Source: a virus
Direction: 5' to 3' (one strand)
IMG/VR virus record: IMGVR_UViG_3300046454_000807
Span: 1 to 64,000 of that record
Length of the DNA stretch: 64,000 bases
The translations under genes and the position numbers were made by a program. Shown piece by piece: positions 27,883 through 38,038 of this stretch. Numbering within the stretch: the stretch's first letter is position 1; each line of letters starts with the position of its first letter. The notes beneath the pieces are model-generated. The model was not told where the DNA came from. It did no database searches and saw only the letters and a program-made list of their open reading frames with translations.

Positions 27883-29297
27883 TGAAATACGAATTCGCAA
27901 ATGGCAATACGACGCAGAAAGGCATGTGGGAAGAGGCTATCTCTCACCTGCTCCACCTGCCCCAGGATGCTCTGCCGCTCACGATCAACGTCTCCTTCGT
28001 GGACCCGAGCACCCTGGTCGGCGGCGGCCATCTCATCGACCTCGCAGTCACCACCTGGACCTACGGTTCGACCGAGGCCGAAACAAAAGTCCGCAACGAT
28101 TCGCCGGGGTTCGGTGAAGCACGTCAGAGCCTAGAAGCCGAAGCAGCCGGGCTCGGGCTCGTCTTTAACCCCGAGCGCTTCTACCTGGAGACCGCGATCC
28201 ACGAGCTAGGGCACGCTGCGTTCGCCTCGCTGCCGGAATCGAAGCGCATCGCGATCGCGCAGATGTTTGGCGCCCAGAGTGATGATCTGGGCGAACTCGA
28301 CCCCAGCGGTGCCGGGTGGCAAGACAAGATCATCGAGGGAATCGCTGAGACCTTCAAGGAGGCATTCCTGCCGCGGCGGTTCAGGGTCTTTCCAAATCGC
28401 ACCAAACGCAAAATCCCTTACCACGAATACCCCCGCTTTCGCGAACTATTTCGACAGGCCGTGCCCGAAATTGGCAGTGAAGAAGAAGGTGTTCCCGGCT
28501 ACAACTTCAACATTTTCCGGCGTGGCGGCTATGGGATGTCGGTCCTCTGGCCGGACGAACGAGGAGGGCTCTACACCGGCAAGACCGGGGGCGGTTCGAA
28601 TTTTGAATCCATATCGACCATGCAGGTCGGCGGTGACCCGGTGCAGGTTCAGGGCAAACACAAATTCACAATGGCTTGGACTATCCCTCGCTCAGTCCTG
28701 GAACAAATAATCATCGAAAAGTTTCTCACCGAGGCCGACCTTCGTATCACTCTCGAAGCGCTCGTCGGGGAAGATGTACTTGCTCGTTGGTCGATCCTGT
28801 TGTCTTGTGGCTGGGTCGGGGAATTTGAACGTGCCGAACTCGAAAAACATCCCGATTTCCAGGGCATCACACAATCTCGACCACCTGGCCCAGAAGGTGG
28901 GGAAACCGAATACCTGATGTGGTTCGGGAGCGTCGGGACAACCACAAATGGTCCGCAGGTGAACGCTCCAACGATCACTGGGGGCACGGGTCTCGGTGGC
29001 CTACTCCCGGCCCTGACAATCCACTCTGAATTTGAAAGCGACTGGCTGAAAGAAGAACTCCAGTTGCTCGAAATCATCGGCACCCTCAAACTGACGTTCG
29101 CCGGCACGATCAAAGAATCGGAAGTCTTTATCGCCTCCCTCCGGGAAACGATTCCTGATTTCCACTTTCACCAAGGCGGCGTCACCCCCGGCGAAGGAGG
29201 AGTGATCGAACTGCCCTCGGCCCTACTGGTGCCCGAAGGTTCAGTGGCCGGCTCGAAGCCCCACCGGCGCCACGTGGCCGGGAGCTACGGCCGGTAG
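27882..29297 (+). CDS. Zincin metallopeptidase-domain protein at the end of the tail module
   Basis: AIHELGHAA (HExxH) plus downstream EGIAETF; low-GC C-terminal half. Confidence 0.7.
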   Translation: MKYEFANGNTTQKGMWEEAISHLLHLPQDALPLTINVSFVDPSTLVGGGHLIDLAVTTWTYGSTEAETKVRNDSPGFGEARQSLEAEAAGLGLVFNPERFYLETAIHELGHAAFASLPESKRIAIAQMFGAQSDDLGELDPSGAGWQDKIIEGIAETFKEAFLPRRFRVFPNRTKRKIPYHEYPRFRELFRQAVPEIGSEEEGVPGYNFNIFRRGGYGMSVLWPDERGGLYTGKTGGGSNFESISTMQVGGDPVQVQGKHKFTMAWTIPRSVLEQIIIEKFLTEADLRITLEALVGEDVLARWSILLSCGWVGEFERAELEKHPDFQGITQSRPPGPEGGETEYLMWFGSVGTTTNGPQVNAPTITGGTGLGGLLPALTIHSEFESDWLKEELQLLEIIGTLKLTFAGTIKESEVFIASLRETIPDFHFHQGGVTPGEGGVIELPSALLVPEGSVAGSKPHRRHVAGSYGR

Positions 29298-29322
29298 GCG
29301 GCCCTCCCGAAGGAGGACCGCC
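29297..29322. terminator. Hairpin between convergent genes
   Basis: GGCGGCCCTCC-CGAA-GGAGGACCGCC. Confidence 0.55.
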
Positions 29323-29332
29323 GTTCCAGCTC

Positions 29333-29815
29333 TTACGCGGGCTCCCCCGCAGGCGGCTCCGCGCCACCTTCCGGCGCCGGCGCCGGCTCTCCGCCTTCGG
29401 CGGGGGGCGGCTCGACCGGAGGCTCGCCGCCTCCTTCGGGCGCGGGCGGCTGAGGCTCGGCCTTCGCCGCTTCAGTCGCCTGGGTGAGTGCGTCGGCGAC
29501 GCCGGTCACCTTGCTGGTGATCGAGTCGATCTGCTCCTGTGAGATGCTGCCCACCTGGAGCTGTGCTACCTCGTCCTTGAGGGCAACCAGCTCTTCGGCG
29601 GCGGCACCCTCGACGGCCACGAGGCCATCCACGGCCGTCTGGAGCGCTGACAGGTCTGCCATCAGCTTGTCCACCTTTCTGTGTAGGGCGACCACCGACA
29701 GCAGGGTGAGCTTGCCGATGAAGCTGGACTCGATCTCCAGCTCCGCCAACTCCTCCAGCTCGAACTCGATGCCGAGCCCCAAGCCCTCGATGATGCGCCG
29801 TTCGTTCTCTTTCAT
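29333..29815 (-). CDS. Coiled-coil hypothetical protein with Pro/Glu-rich tail
   Basis: SD AAGG; strong GC3 bias on the minus strand. Confidence 0.75.
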   Translation of the reverse strand: MKENERRIIEGLGLGIEFELEELAELEIESSFIGKLTLLSVVALHRKVDKLMADLSALQTAVDGLVAVEGAAAEELVALKDEVAQLQVGSISQEQIDSITSKVTGVADALTQATEAAKAEPQPPAPEGGGEPPVEPPPAEGGEPAPAPEGGAEPPAGEPA

Positions 29816-29921
29816 CGCCGCACCTTAACTGCTGGACCGGCGAGCGCGTTGCCACCTGGTTACGGAATTTGCGGGATCAACCCTCGATGCAGTCCTGCGG
29901 GCGCGCTAGGTTGTCGCTCCG

Positions 29922-30923
29922 ATGGCCGAACGAGCCGAGAAGCGCTATGGCCGTGAGGGCAACCGCTGGGTCAACCAGACGCCCCCCGGCACCGAGATCG
30001 CGATCTGGTTCAAGGAGAACGTTGCCATCGCCGAGGGGCTGGAGCACGAGCACTACGTCGGCGGCGTGACGCTGATCCCGAACACCGAAAAATCGAAGAC
30101 GGTTGTCGGCTGGGAGGGCACTGCCCCCGTGATCGGCGATGTCACCGACCTCGTGCTCACGCCCTACATGCGCGTCGAGACTCGGGTCAAGTATTTCCAC
30201 GACCTCTGCGAATTGAAGGGCTGGATCGGCTTCATCGACCCGCAGCCGCCGGTAAAGCCGAATCCACAGCTCCCGGGCGGGCACGGGCTCTTCTCGACTG
30301 CGGTCGTCACCGCCGACAAAAAGGAGTCTCGCTTCGTCGGCTGCTCGATGCGCGTGCAGGTCTGGAAGAAGAGCGGCTTCAAGGAGGAGCCCTACGTCGT
30401 CGATAAGCGCACGGGCGAGATCGGCTTCCGCCGCTCGGGCACTCTCGTCCTCGAAGGGCCGCCGGCGACGAAGGTCGTGCCGACCCTCGGCCGCTTCGGC
30501 GCCGACGTGAACGCGCTGATGAAGGCCGAGACCGGCGCCGTCGGCCGCGCCCTCGGCATGGCCGGGATGCTCGTAATCCCCGGCACCGGCATCGCCACGG
30601 CCGAGGACCTCCAGGAAGGCCAGGGCTCCGAGCAGGTCCCCAGCGACGCGGCCGAGCTGCCGCCGGACTTCACGCCGGCGAACGAGTTGGACGCCGACGA
30701 GCAGCTCCGGGCCGACATCACTCAGTGGCTGGAGGTCATGGAGAGCAGCTACCCCAAGGCCGCGCAGGAGTTCAAGGCATGGGCCAAAGAGCGCGGCTTC
30801 GGCCTGCTCTCCGAAGTGACTTCCCCTGCACTTCGCGCCATTCACCGCAAGGCGAAAGGAATGCTTGACGCCGCGGTCGAGGCAGAGGAGAAACCTACCG
30901 TTGCGGAGCCGCCCAAAGAGTAG
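29922..30923 (+). CDS. Rad52/Sak-like single-strand annealing protein
   Basis: YMRVETRVKYF...KAETGAVGRALGMAG...IATAEDL; adjacent to an exonuclease. Confidence 0.65.
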   Translation: MAERAEKRYGREGNRWVNQTPPGTEIAIWFKENVAIAEGLEHEHYVGGVTLIPNTEKSKTVVGWEGTAPVIGDVTDLVLTPYMRVETRVKYFHDLCELKGWIGFIDPQPPVKPNPQLPGGHGLFSTAVVTADKKESRFVGCSMRVQVWKKSGFKEEPYVVDKRTGEIGFRRSGTLVLEGPPATKVVPTLGRFGADVNALMKAETGAVGRALGMAGMLVIPGTGIATAEDLQEGQGSEQVPSDAAELPPDFTPANELDADEQLRADITQWLEVMESSYPKAAQEFKAWAKERGFGLLSEVTSPALRAIHRKAKGMLDAAVEAEEKPTVAEPPKE

Positions 30924-30959
30924 TACCATGCTCCGCCTTCCATCCAGTCGAAGGGTACT

Positions 30960-32105
30960 GTGGAGCTTCCAGGCAACGCGATCGGCATCAGTGACATCCT
31001 CCAGTTCAGGGAGTGCCGTCGTCGGTGGGAGTTCGACATGCAACGGTGGTCGGAGCTAGGTGAAGCGCCCGAGGCAGAGAATCCAAATAACGTCTACGGG
31101 TCCGCAATTCACCTAGCGATCGCAACTGTCGAGGAGACGGGTAGCGATGACGAGGCGATCGACGCGGCCGTGCAGCGCTACGGACGTTGGCTCGAACCCG
31201 AAGACATCGACCAGCTTCAGGAAGACCTTGAGACCTACCATGCGCGCGATTACTCCGGGGTTGAAACTGTCGCATCGGAGGAGAACCTTCGCGTCCCGCT
31301 GATGGAGTTCGAGGGCGAGACGATCTACTACCGCTTCACATTGGACCGTCTCTACCGCCAGGTTGGCAACTCGTCGTCCTTCATCCACCTGGACTACAAG
31401 TCCTCGAAGCACCGGAAGACTGACGAAGAGGTCCACAAAGACCCGCAGCTCTGGTCATACAACTGGGCCATCTACGAGTATTGGCCCGAGGTTGAGGACC
31501 TCACGCAGATTTACGATCAGCTTCGCTTCGGAGCGGTGCCCACCCGAAAGAACGCGCAGCAGCGAGAGAGGATCAAACACTGGTTGGTGCGACAGGTCAC
31601 CGCGATTCTTGAAGCGGACCACACTAATCCCAAGTTCAATCAGTGGTGTCCGTGGTGTCCAATCATGGAGAGCTGCTCGGAGCCATTGCGCACTGCCCAG
31701 TTTGCGAGAGATCGTATCGCCGCACTCGCCCCAGAAGGCTCCGATGTCGCTAACCTGGCAGCGCAGGACATCGACACCTACGTCGAGGACCTGCATGAAG
31801 TCGAAACGGTACGGAAGTGTCTGGAGAGATTCGAGAAATCGGTGAAGGAGGTCATCCGCGAGCTGCCGCAGGAGCGCCGGCAGCAGCTCGGGTTCGGCCT
31901 CTTCCCCAGCTCGCGAGATGTCTGGAGCGCGCAGGGACTGCGCTTGGCGCACGCCGAGGTCGGTGACGATTTCTATCTCCTCGTAAAGATGACGAAGACC
32001 AACATAGATCGCTTCTTCGGAAGAGACAAAGCAGCCGCGGAGCGCGTGCTGCAATTCGCCGAGAAGGAGAAGGCTAGCCCGAGATTGAGCCGATTGAAGA
32101 ACTGA
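30960..32105 (+). CDS. PD-(D/E)xK exonuclease (RecB/Cas4-like)
   Basis: GSAIH, LDRL, DYKS, QLWSY, CPWCP...C. Confidence 0.85.
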   Translation: MELPGNAIGISDILQFRECRRRWEFDMQRWSELGEAPEAENPNNVYGSAIHLAIATVEETGSDDEAIDAAVQRYGRWLEPEDIDQLQEDLETYHARDYSGVETVASEENLRVPLMEFEGETIYYRFTLDRLYRQVGNSSSFIHLDYKSSKHRKTDEEVHKDPQLWSYNWAIYEYWPEVEDLTQIYDQLRFGAVPTRKNAQQRERIKHWLVRQVTAILEADHTNPKFNQWCPWCPIMESCSEPLRTAQFARDRIAALAPEGSDVANLAAQDIDTYVEDLHEVETVRKCLERFEKSVKEVIRELPQERRQQLGFGLFPSSRDVWSAQGLRLAHAEVGDDFYLLVKMTKTNIDRFFGRDKAAAERVLQFAEKEKASPRLSRLKN

Positions 32106-32247
32106 AAAGCGAAACGCCCCCGGAAACTTTGGCTAGTAGCGGGGGCGCTTCACCGGACGCAAAGCATTTTCTCCGACCACCTTTCCACCAAAGCGGAGGA
32201 GGCAGAGGCTGCTTTACGTCGTGAACTATACCTAGGAGTCACGACAG

Positions 32248-33195
32248 ATGCAAGATGGAAGTGAGCCGCGTCCCGCGCGGCGCCCGAAGAACCCCACCGA
32301 AGCAGCATTCTTCGACCTGGCTGTCGCAGCCGGCTGGACCCCGTTGAAACGTGGCTGGCCGACGTTCATGTTGCAGCGCGGCGACGACATTCTCGCGGTC
32401 CATGTGAGACCTCCAGGGCGTGCGCAGCTTGCGCCAGAACAGGCCCGTTTGCAGGGGATTCTGGTCAGGGCCGGAGTGCCTTGCGCCGTGTGGACGCCGG
32501 ACGGCGGCGTCGCGGGGGGGGTAGGGGGTTTGGGGGTGGGGGAGGAGTTGAGTTCAGATACTGCAACAGCCCTACTACAAGCGTCTTCCTCTCTCCAAAC
32601 GCTGGTAGAGGAGGGGGAGTCTGAGGGGGAACCGGATTCAGCCGACGGCGCCGGCACCACCGCTGCCCTACCTAGCCGATCTGAGACCTCCCAGATGATC
32701 GACGACGTGTGGGCCGCCTACGTCCGCGTGATGAGCCCGAGGCGCAAGGAGGCAGGTGACGACGATCGTCTCGTGATCCGCAACGCGCTGAAGGTCGCGA
32801 GTCCGCAGGAGTTGATCGTCTGCATCGAAGCCTGCAACGCCTCCGACTACCACATGAAGCGCGGCAGGCACGTGGAACGCGCCGGCGGCAAGTACAACGC
32901 GCTGTCCAAGATTCTGAAGCCGCGCCCTCGACGCGAGGAGACGCAGCGATCGCGCATCGACTGGTGGCTTGACCGTGCAAATGCTGCGGGCGTTGCGGGG
33001 TTTCCGTCCGCCGACGATGCAATTGTGGGCCAGCGTCAGGTAGAAGTCCAGCGCGGTCACCAGTCCGGGGACCCGGAGATGGTGAGAAAGGCTCAAGAAG
33101 CTGAGGCATGGCTAGGCGAACATGGCATCGAAACGGTACGGCGCGAGGACGGATACCCCACTTTCCGAAGGACTGGGAAAGGTGACACTACGTGA
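32248..33195 (+). CDS. Putative replication initiator
   Basis: Directly upstream of DnaB; low-complexity G-rich linker typical of origin-containing initiator genes; AGGAG SD. Confidence 0.55.
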   Translation: MQDGSEPRPARRPKNPTEAAFFDLAVAAGWTPLKRGWPTFMLQRGDDILAVHVRPPGRAQLAPEQARLQGILVRAGVPCAVWTPDGGVAGGVGGLGVGEELSSDTATALLQASSSLQTLVEEGESEGEPDSADGAGTTAALPSRSETSQMIDDVWAAYVRVMSPRRKEAGDDDRLVIRNALKVASPQELIVCIEACNASDYHMKRGRHVERAGGKYNALSKILKPRPRREETQRSRIDWWLDRANAAGVAGFPSADDAIVGQRQVEVQRGHQSGDPEMVRKAQEAEAWLGEHGIETVRREDGYPTFRRTGKGDTT

Positions 33196-34553
33196 AGCCA
33201 CCTCACTCCCAGGAGGCGGAACGCAGCGTTCTGTCGCAAATGCTCCGCGGCGGGGCGAAAGTGTGCTCGGTCGTCGTCGGTACGTTGCTGGAGCCGAAGC
33301 ACTTCTACGCGCCAGCGCACAAGCTCATCTACGGGCAGCTCTACGAGCACTACTACGGCGACTTGCCTCTCGATGCAGTGTCGGTGGGCACCGCGGCCTC
33401 GAAGAAGCTCGCCAAGCTCTGGTCGATCGAGGAGGGCGAGGCAGCGGAGCGGGTGAGGGAACTCAGCACCGAGCGCTTCGAGGGGCAGGTGCTGGACCAC
33501 GCGATCATCGTCAAGCGCAAGGCGGACTACCGCGAACTGCTCGACGTGATGAGCACGGTGGAAGGCGAGATCGAGCGCGAGGAGAAGCTGCCCGAGGAGA
33601 TCGCGAGCTTGGCGTCGCAGACCGCGATGAAGATCGCGACCAACACTCTGCTGACCCACGAGATCATCAGCTTCGGCAATATGGGGCGCCGGTACTACAA
33701 CCAGGCGCTGGAAGCGAAGTCGGCCTACGACAAGGGCATCGAGCGCTGGGTCAAGTTCGGGATGCCCTTCATCGACGACTACACCCGCGGGCTCCGCGGG
33801 ACGGAGCTGTGGCTGGCAGCCGGCGAGCCCGGCGTCGGCAAGAGCGCCGTCTTCGCCAAGGCCGCGATCCTCTTCGCCCAACGGCAGATGGCGCGCGGCG
33901 ACGACAAGCGGGTCGCCACGCTGATCCTCAGCCTGGAGATGGGGGAAGAACCGACCAACCAGCGGCTGGCCTCGGCGGTCTCGCAGATCGACGGCGGCAA
34001 GCTCCGCGAAGGTCGCATCACCGACGGGGAGCTAGGGAAGATTCTCCACGAATGGGGGCGCCGCAAGGAGATTCCCCTGTTCTTCAACTTCGCCTCGAAC
34101 GCCCGCGCTTCGCAGCTCCGCGCGCTGGTCGTCGAGGCCATCCGCAGGGAGAACGTCGGCCTGGTCATCATCGACCACTTCCGACATTTCGGCATGGATC
34201 GGTACTACGAGAGCCAGTTGCGCGAGGACGAGGACAAGGTGAAGTTCCTCAAGGAGTCGATCGCCGGCGATCTCGGGACCGCGGTGATCTGCATCTGCCA
34301 CACCACCAAGGGGATCGCAGAATCGCGCAACGCCAGGCCAAACCTGACCCACATGCGCGGCAGCTATCAGGTCGCCGCAGCAGCGGACTTCGTGAGCTTC
34401 ATCCACCAGCCGTACATGTACGCGACGGATGAGGATCGTGAAACTGGAGAGGTAACAGAGGACCAGATGGAGATGATCTGGGAGAAGAACCGACACGGAT
34501 ACAAGGGCATCGCACAGTTCCACATGCAGGCTGCGACGATGACCATTCGATAG
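33192..34553 (+). CDS. dnaB: Replicative DNA helicase
   Basis: [35 protein letters not shown]. Confidence 0.95.
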   Translation: MKPPHSQEAERSVLSQMLRGGAKVCSVVVGTLLEPKHFYAPAHKLIYGQLYEHYYGDLPLDAVSVGTAASKKLAKLWSIEEGEAAERVRELSTERFEGQVLDHAIIVKRKADYRELLDVMSTVEGEIEREEKLPEEIASLASQTAMKIATNTLLTHEIISFGNMGRRYYNQALEAKSAYDKGIERWVKFGMPFIDDYTRGLRGTELWLAAGEPGVGKSAVFAKAAILFAQRQMARGDDKRVATLILSLEMGEEPTNQRLASAVSQIDGGKLREGRITDGELGKILHEWGRRKEIPLFFNFASNARASQLRALVVEAIRRENVGLVIIDHFRHFGMDRYYESQLREDEDKVKFLKESIAGDLGTAVICICHTTKGIAESRNARPNLTHMRGSYQVAAAADFVSFIHQPYMYATDEDRETGEVTEDQMEMIWEKNRHGYKGIAQFHMQAATMTIR

Positions 34554-34564
34554 GAGGAAACGAC

Positions 34565-35279
<715 letters not shown>

Positions 35280-35296
<17 letters not shown>

Positions 35297-35471
35297 CGAC
35301 GAGCTAGACGGGATCAAATGCGAGTGGTGTGACAAGCCCGCACGGTTAAAGCTGCCCATGATGAGACGAATCAAGGGAAGTCGTGGTGGCATGACGCCTT
35401 CTGGAATGCACATCTTCGCCTGTTATCAGCACGAGGAAATCGCGAAGGGATTGGCGAGCCGTGGCAGCTAG
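35280..35471 (+). CDS. Small zinc-finger protein
   Basis: CEWC...CYQH; GTG start at 35280. Confidence 0.55.
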
Positions 35472-35877
35472 TGGAAAAAGGAAGCTGACTATCACCGGCC
35501 AGAAAGAGCTGGCCCGGTGGACGCCCGAGGGCAAGGACGAGGAGACCGTGATCTACGAGGTCGCCGCCGTCAACGAGCAGGGTGAGGTCCTCGATCTTCC
35601 CCTTCGCACCTTCCACCCCGACCTTGAGCAAGGCACGCTGACCGAGTTCAACGTCGAGGTCTATGACCACGAGAAGTATGGACGCACTTACACCCTGAAG
35701 CTGCCCGGCAAGGGGCGCGCGTCGAAGAAGGACATCAGCGATATGCGCCAGCAGTTGACCTCCCTCGCAAACCGTGTCGGTTCACTGGAGGAAGAGGTAG
35801 CTGAGCTGCGTAGGAAGGTCAACCGAGAAGAGAAGCTGGACGAGAAGTTCGGCGGAGAAGACGACATCCCATTCTGA
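35461..35877 (+). CDS. SSB-like protein
   Basis: OB-like N-terminus, coiled coil, C-terminal EDDIPF tip. Confidence 0.65.
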   Translation: MAASGKRKLTITGQKELARWTPEGKDEETVIYEVAAVNEQGEVLDLPLRTFHPDLEQGTLTEFNVEVYDHEKYGRTYTLKLPGKGRASKKDISDMRQQLTSLANRVGSLEEEVAELRRKVNREEKLDEKFGGEDDIPF

Positions 35878-36332
35878 TGATCCAAGTGTGGACTGACGGC
35901 TGCTGCTTGAAGAACCCCGGTGGTCCCGGAGGGTGGGCGTTCATCGTCGTCGATGAGCAGCAACAAGTTGTCTGCAAAGAGTCGGGTGGTGAGCCCTGCT
36001 CGACCAACAACCGAATGGAGATGGCTGCGGTGATCGAGGGGATCAAGGTTGCTCTCGACCTCTTCCCCACGGATGACATCGAGATCGTCTCCGACAGCCT
36101 CTATGTGGTCAAGGGCTCGACGGTGTGGCTGGCCGGCTGGAAGAAGCGCGGGTGGCGCCGCTCAGCCGGGAGGGGTCGCACCAAGCCGGTAAAGAACGAG
36201 GAGCTGTGGAGGCAGATCGACGCTTTGCTGCGCCCGCAAGTGACGCTGCTCTGGGTCAAGGGGCACAACGGCGCCAGGTTCAACGAGCTGGCTGACTTCA
36301 TGGCGAAGGAGGCGGCGTCCGAACATGCCTAA
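35877..36332 (+). CDS. rnhA: Ribonuclease HI
   Basis: TDGCC.NPGGPGGW, TNNRME, SDSLYV, WVKGH..NELAD. Confidence 0.95.
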   Translation: MIQVWTDGCCLKNPGGPGGWAFIVVDEQQQVVCKESGGEPCSTNNRMEMAAVIEGIKVALDLFPTDDIEIVSDSLYVVKGSTVWLAGWKKRGWRRSAGRGRTKPVKNEELWRQIDALLRPQVTLLWVKGHNGARFNELADFMAKEAASEHA

Positions 36333-37116
36333 ACCGCTCGTCGTTATCCCCACCTTCCTCACCCAGCCCGGCGACGTTGAAGTGACGATGGACTGTGTGC
36401 GCAGCATTCGGCATACGGTCAGCGACTCGGTTGACATCCTCTGCGTGGACGATCATTCACCCGATCGGCTGCTGGTCCAGGAGATCGCGCCCGGACTCGA
36501 TCGCTACCACGCCGAGTTGTACCGCAAGACCTCGAACTCCGGCTTCTCGAAGACGGTGAACATCGGGCTCAGACGTGCGCTCGACGAGGGCCGCGACGCC
36601 GTGTTGATGAACGCGGACATGGAGATGACCACGCCGGGCTGGGTGACGACCTGCCAGAAGACCAAGGACGGCCAGAATCGTCCGGCCGCGGTGGTCGGTG
36701 GGCTGCTGCTCTACCCGACCGGCCTGATCCAGCACGCCGGCATCTACTTCTCCCTGCTCACCCGCACCTTCGACCATCTCTACAAGTACGGGCCGGGGAA
36801 CCTGCCGGAGGCGCTCAAAATGCGGGTAGCGCCGGTCACTGGAGCGTTCCAATATATCCGCAACGAGACCCTGCAACTGATCGGCCTGTACGACGAGAAG
36901 TTTCACATGGCGCACGAGGATGTTGACTACTGCATTCGAGTTTTCCTGGCCGGGTTGCAGTGCGTCTACAACCCAAACGTGCGCGCTTACCACTTCGAGG
37001 CGATGTTCCGAGGCAGGCCGTCCCCGAAGTTGGAGCAGTGGCAGGCGTTGTCATGGATGTACTTCGCTGAAAAGTATGCAACCCAGAGCTTCTCGGGGCT
37101 CGTCCCATTTATCTAA
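36325..37116 (+). CDS. Glycosyltransferase family 2
   Basis: VVIPT, VDDHS, NSGFSKTVN, MNAD, HEDVDYC. Confidence 0.92.
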   Translation: MPKPLVVIPTFLTQPGDVEVTMDCVRSIRHTVSDSVDILCVDDHSPDRLLVQEIAPGLDRYHAELYRKTSNSGFSKTVNIGLRRALDEGRDAVLMNADMEMTTPGWVTTCQKTKDGQNRPAAVVGGLLLYPTGLIQHAGIYFSLLTRTFDHLYKYGPGNLPEALKMRVAPVTGAFQYIRNETLQLIGLYDEKFHMAHEDVDYCIRVFLAGLQCVYNPNVRAYHFEAMFRGRPSPKLEQWQALSWMYFAEKYATQSFSGLVPFI

Positions 37117-37125
37117 GGAGGAATT

Positions 37126-37944
37126 ATGTGGTGGCACTACGACCAGCTTGAGAGTGGACATCCCTACGACTGGACCCCCGCTGGCCGCGGCGAGTCCGAA
37201 TGGGACAACATCGACTTCCACGTAGACCTCGGGTGTGGCACGCTGCGGAAAGGGCGACTCGGCATCGACCGTTACTACACGCCCAACGTGGACCTGCTCA
37301 TCAACTTCGACAGACTGGCGCCGGCGCAGCCGGCCAACGAGTTTGGCGAGCAGGGCGAGATGGACGAGGCGTTCGCCAAAACGCTCGACCTCTTCAACGC
37401 CCGCATCCGCGAGGAAAACGAGAAAGTGGGCCTCCCGTTCCCCACCAACTCGATCGAGTCGATCATCAGCCACCACTGCTTCGAGCACCTGGGGATCGGC
37501 TTCATCCCGCTGATGGACGAGTGCCACCGTGTGCTCAAGCCTGGTGGCATCCTGCGCGTCATCACTCCGCTCTTCCCGTCGCGCACCGCGGTCGAGGACC
37601 CGGATCACAAGCGCTGGATCATGGAGGGGACCTTCGAGGCGTTCTGCGGCACCAAAGAGGGCGAGAGCTGGCTGTCCGGCTTCTCGGTCCCCTACACGAG
37701 CTGCCGCTTCGAGATGGTGGACAAGGACATCACCAAACGCCTGGAGGACCCACAGGAATGGTGGGGCGTCGATGACGCGCGAGAGATTCGGGTCGCACTT
37801 AGAAAGCACGAGCTGGTCGAGGAGGCCGAAGATGTGGGTGAGCGTGAGATTCCTGCTCGGGAGCGAAGTGGCTCACGAGACGAAGATGAGGTACTCGGAG
37901 CTGCCGAGGTTGGGGGAGACGGTCGAGTTGCCCTCGTCGCGTAA
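37126..37944 (+). CDS. Class I SAM-dependent methyltransferase (glycan-type)
   Basis: VDLGCG, HCFEHL, HRVLKPGG, DPDH. Confidence 0.88.
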   Translation: MWWHYDQLESGHPYDWTPAGRGESEWDNIDFHVDLGCGTLRKGRLGIDRYYTPNVDLLINFDRLAPAQPANEFGEQGEMDEAFAKTLDLFNARIREENEKVGLPFPTNSIESIISHHCFEHLGIGFIPLMDECHRVLKPGGILRVITPLFPSRTAVEDPDHKRWIMEGTFEAFCGTKEGESWLSGFSVPYTSCRFEMVDKDITKRLEDPQEWWGVDDAREIRVALRKHELVEEAEDVGEREIPARERSGSRDEDEVLGAAEVGGDGRVALVA

Positions 37945-38038
37945 AAAGTACGAAGTCTTCTCGATTCATCGGCGTGTGACTACTCATCCACGCCGACGAA
38001 TCGACATAGGGCTTCGCAAACCAGAAAGGAAATCCTGA
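37832..38038 (+). CDS. Hypothetical protein
   Basis: GGAGG SD before ATG 37832; LPRLGETV motif. Confidence 0.6.
   Translation: MWVSVRFLLGSEVAHETKMRYSELPRLGETVELPSSRKKYEVFSIHRRVTTHPRRRIDIGLRKPERKS

Noticed and set aside
25030-29297. Diversity-generating retroelement or invertible tail-fibre system
   Set aside because: No reverse transcriptase, template/variable repeat pair or flanking inverted repeats seen.
29333-29815. Holin or lysis cassette
   Set aside because: No convincing TM segments or endolysin motif; lysis genes probably lie outside the window.
30960-32105. Cas4-like gene as CRISPR evidence
   Set aside because: No repeat-spacer array or other cas genes; it pairs with an annealase as a standard phage recombination module.
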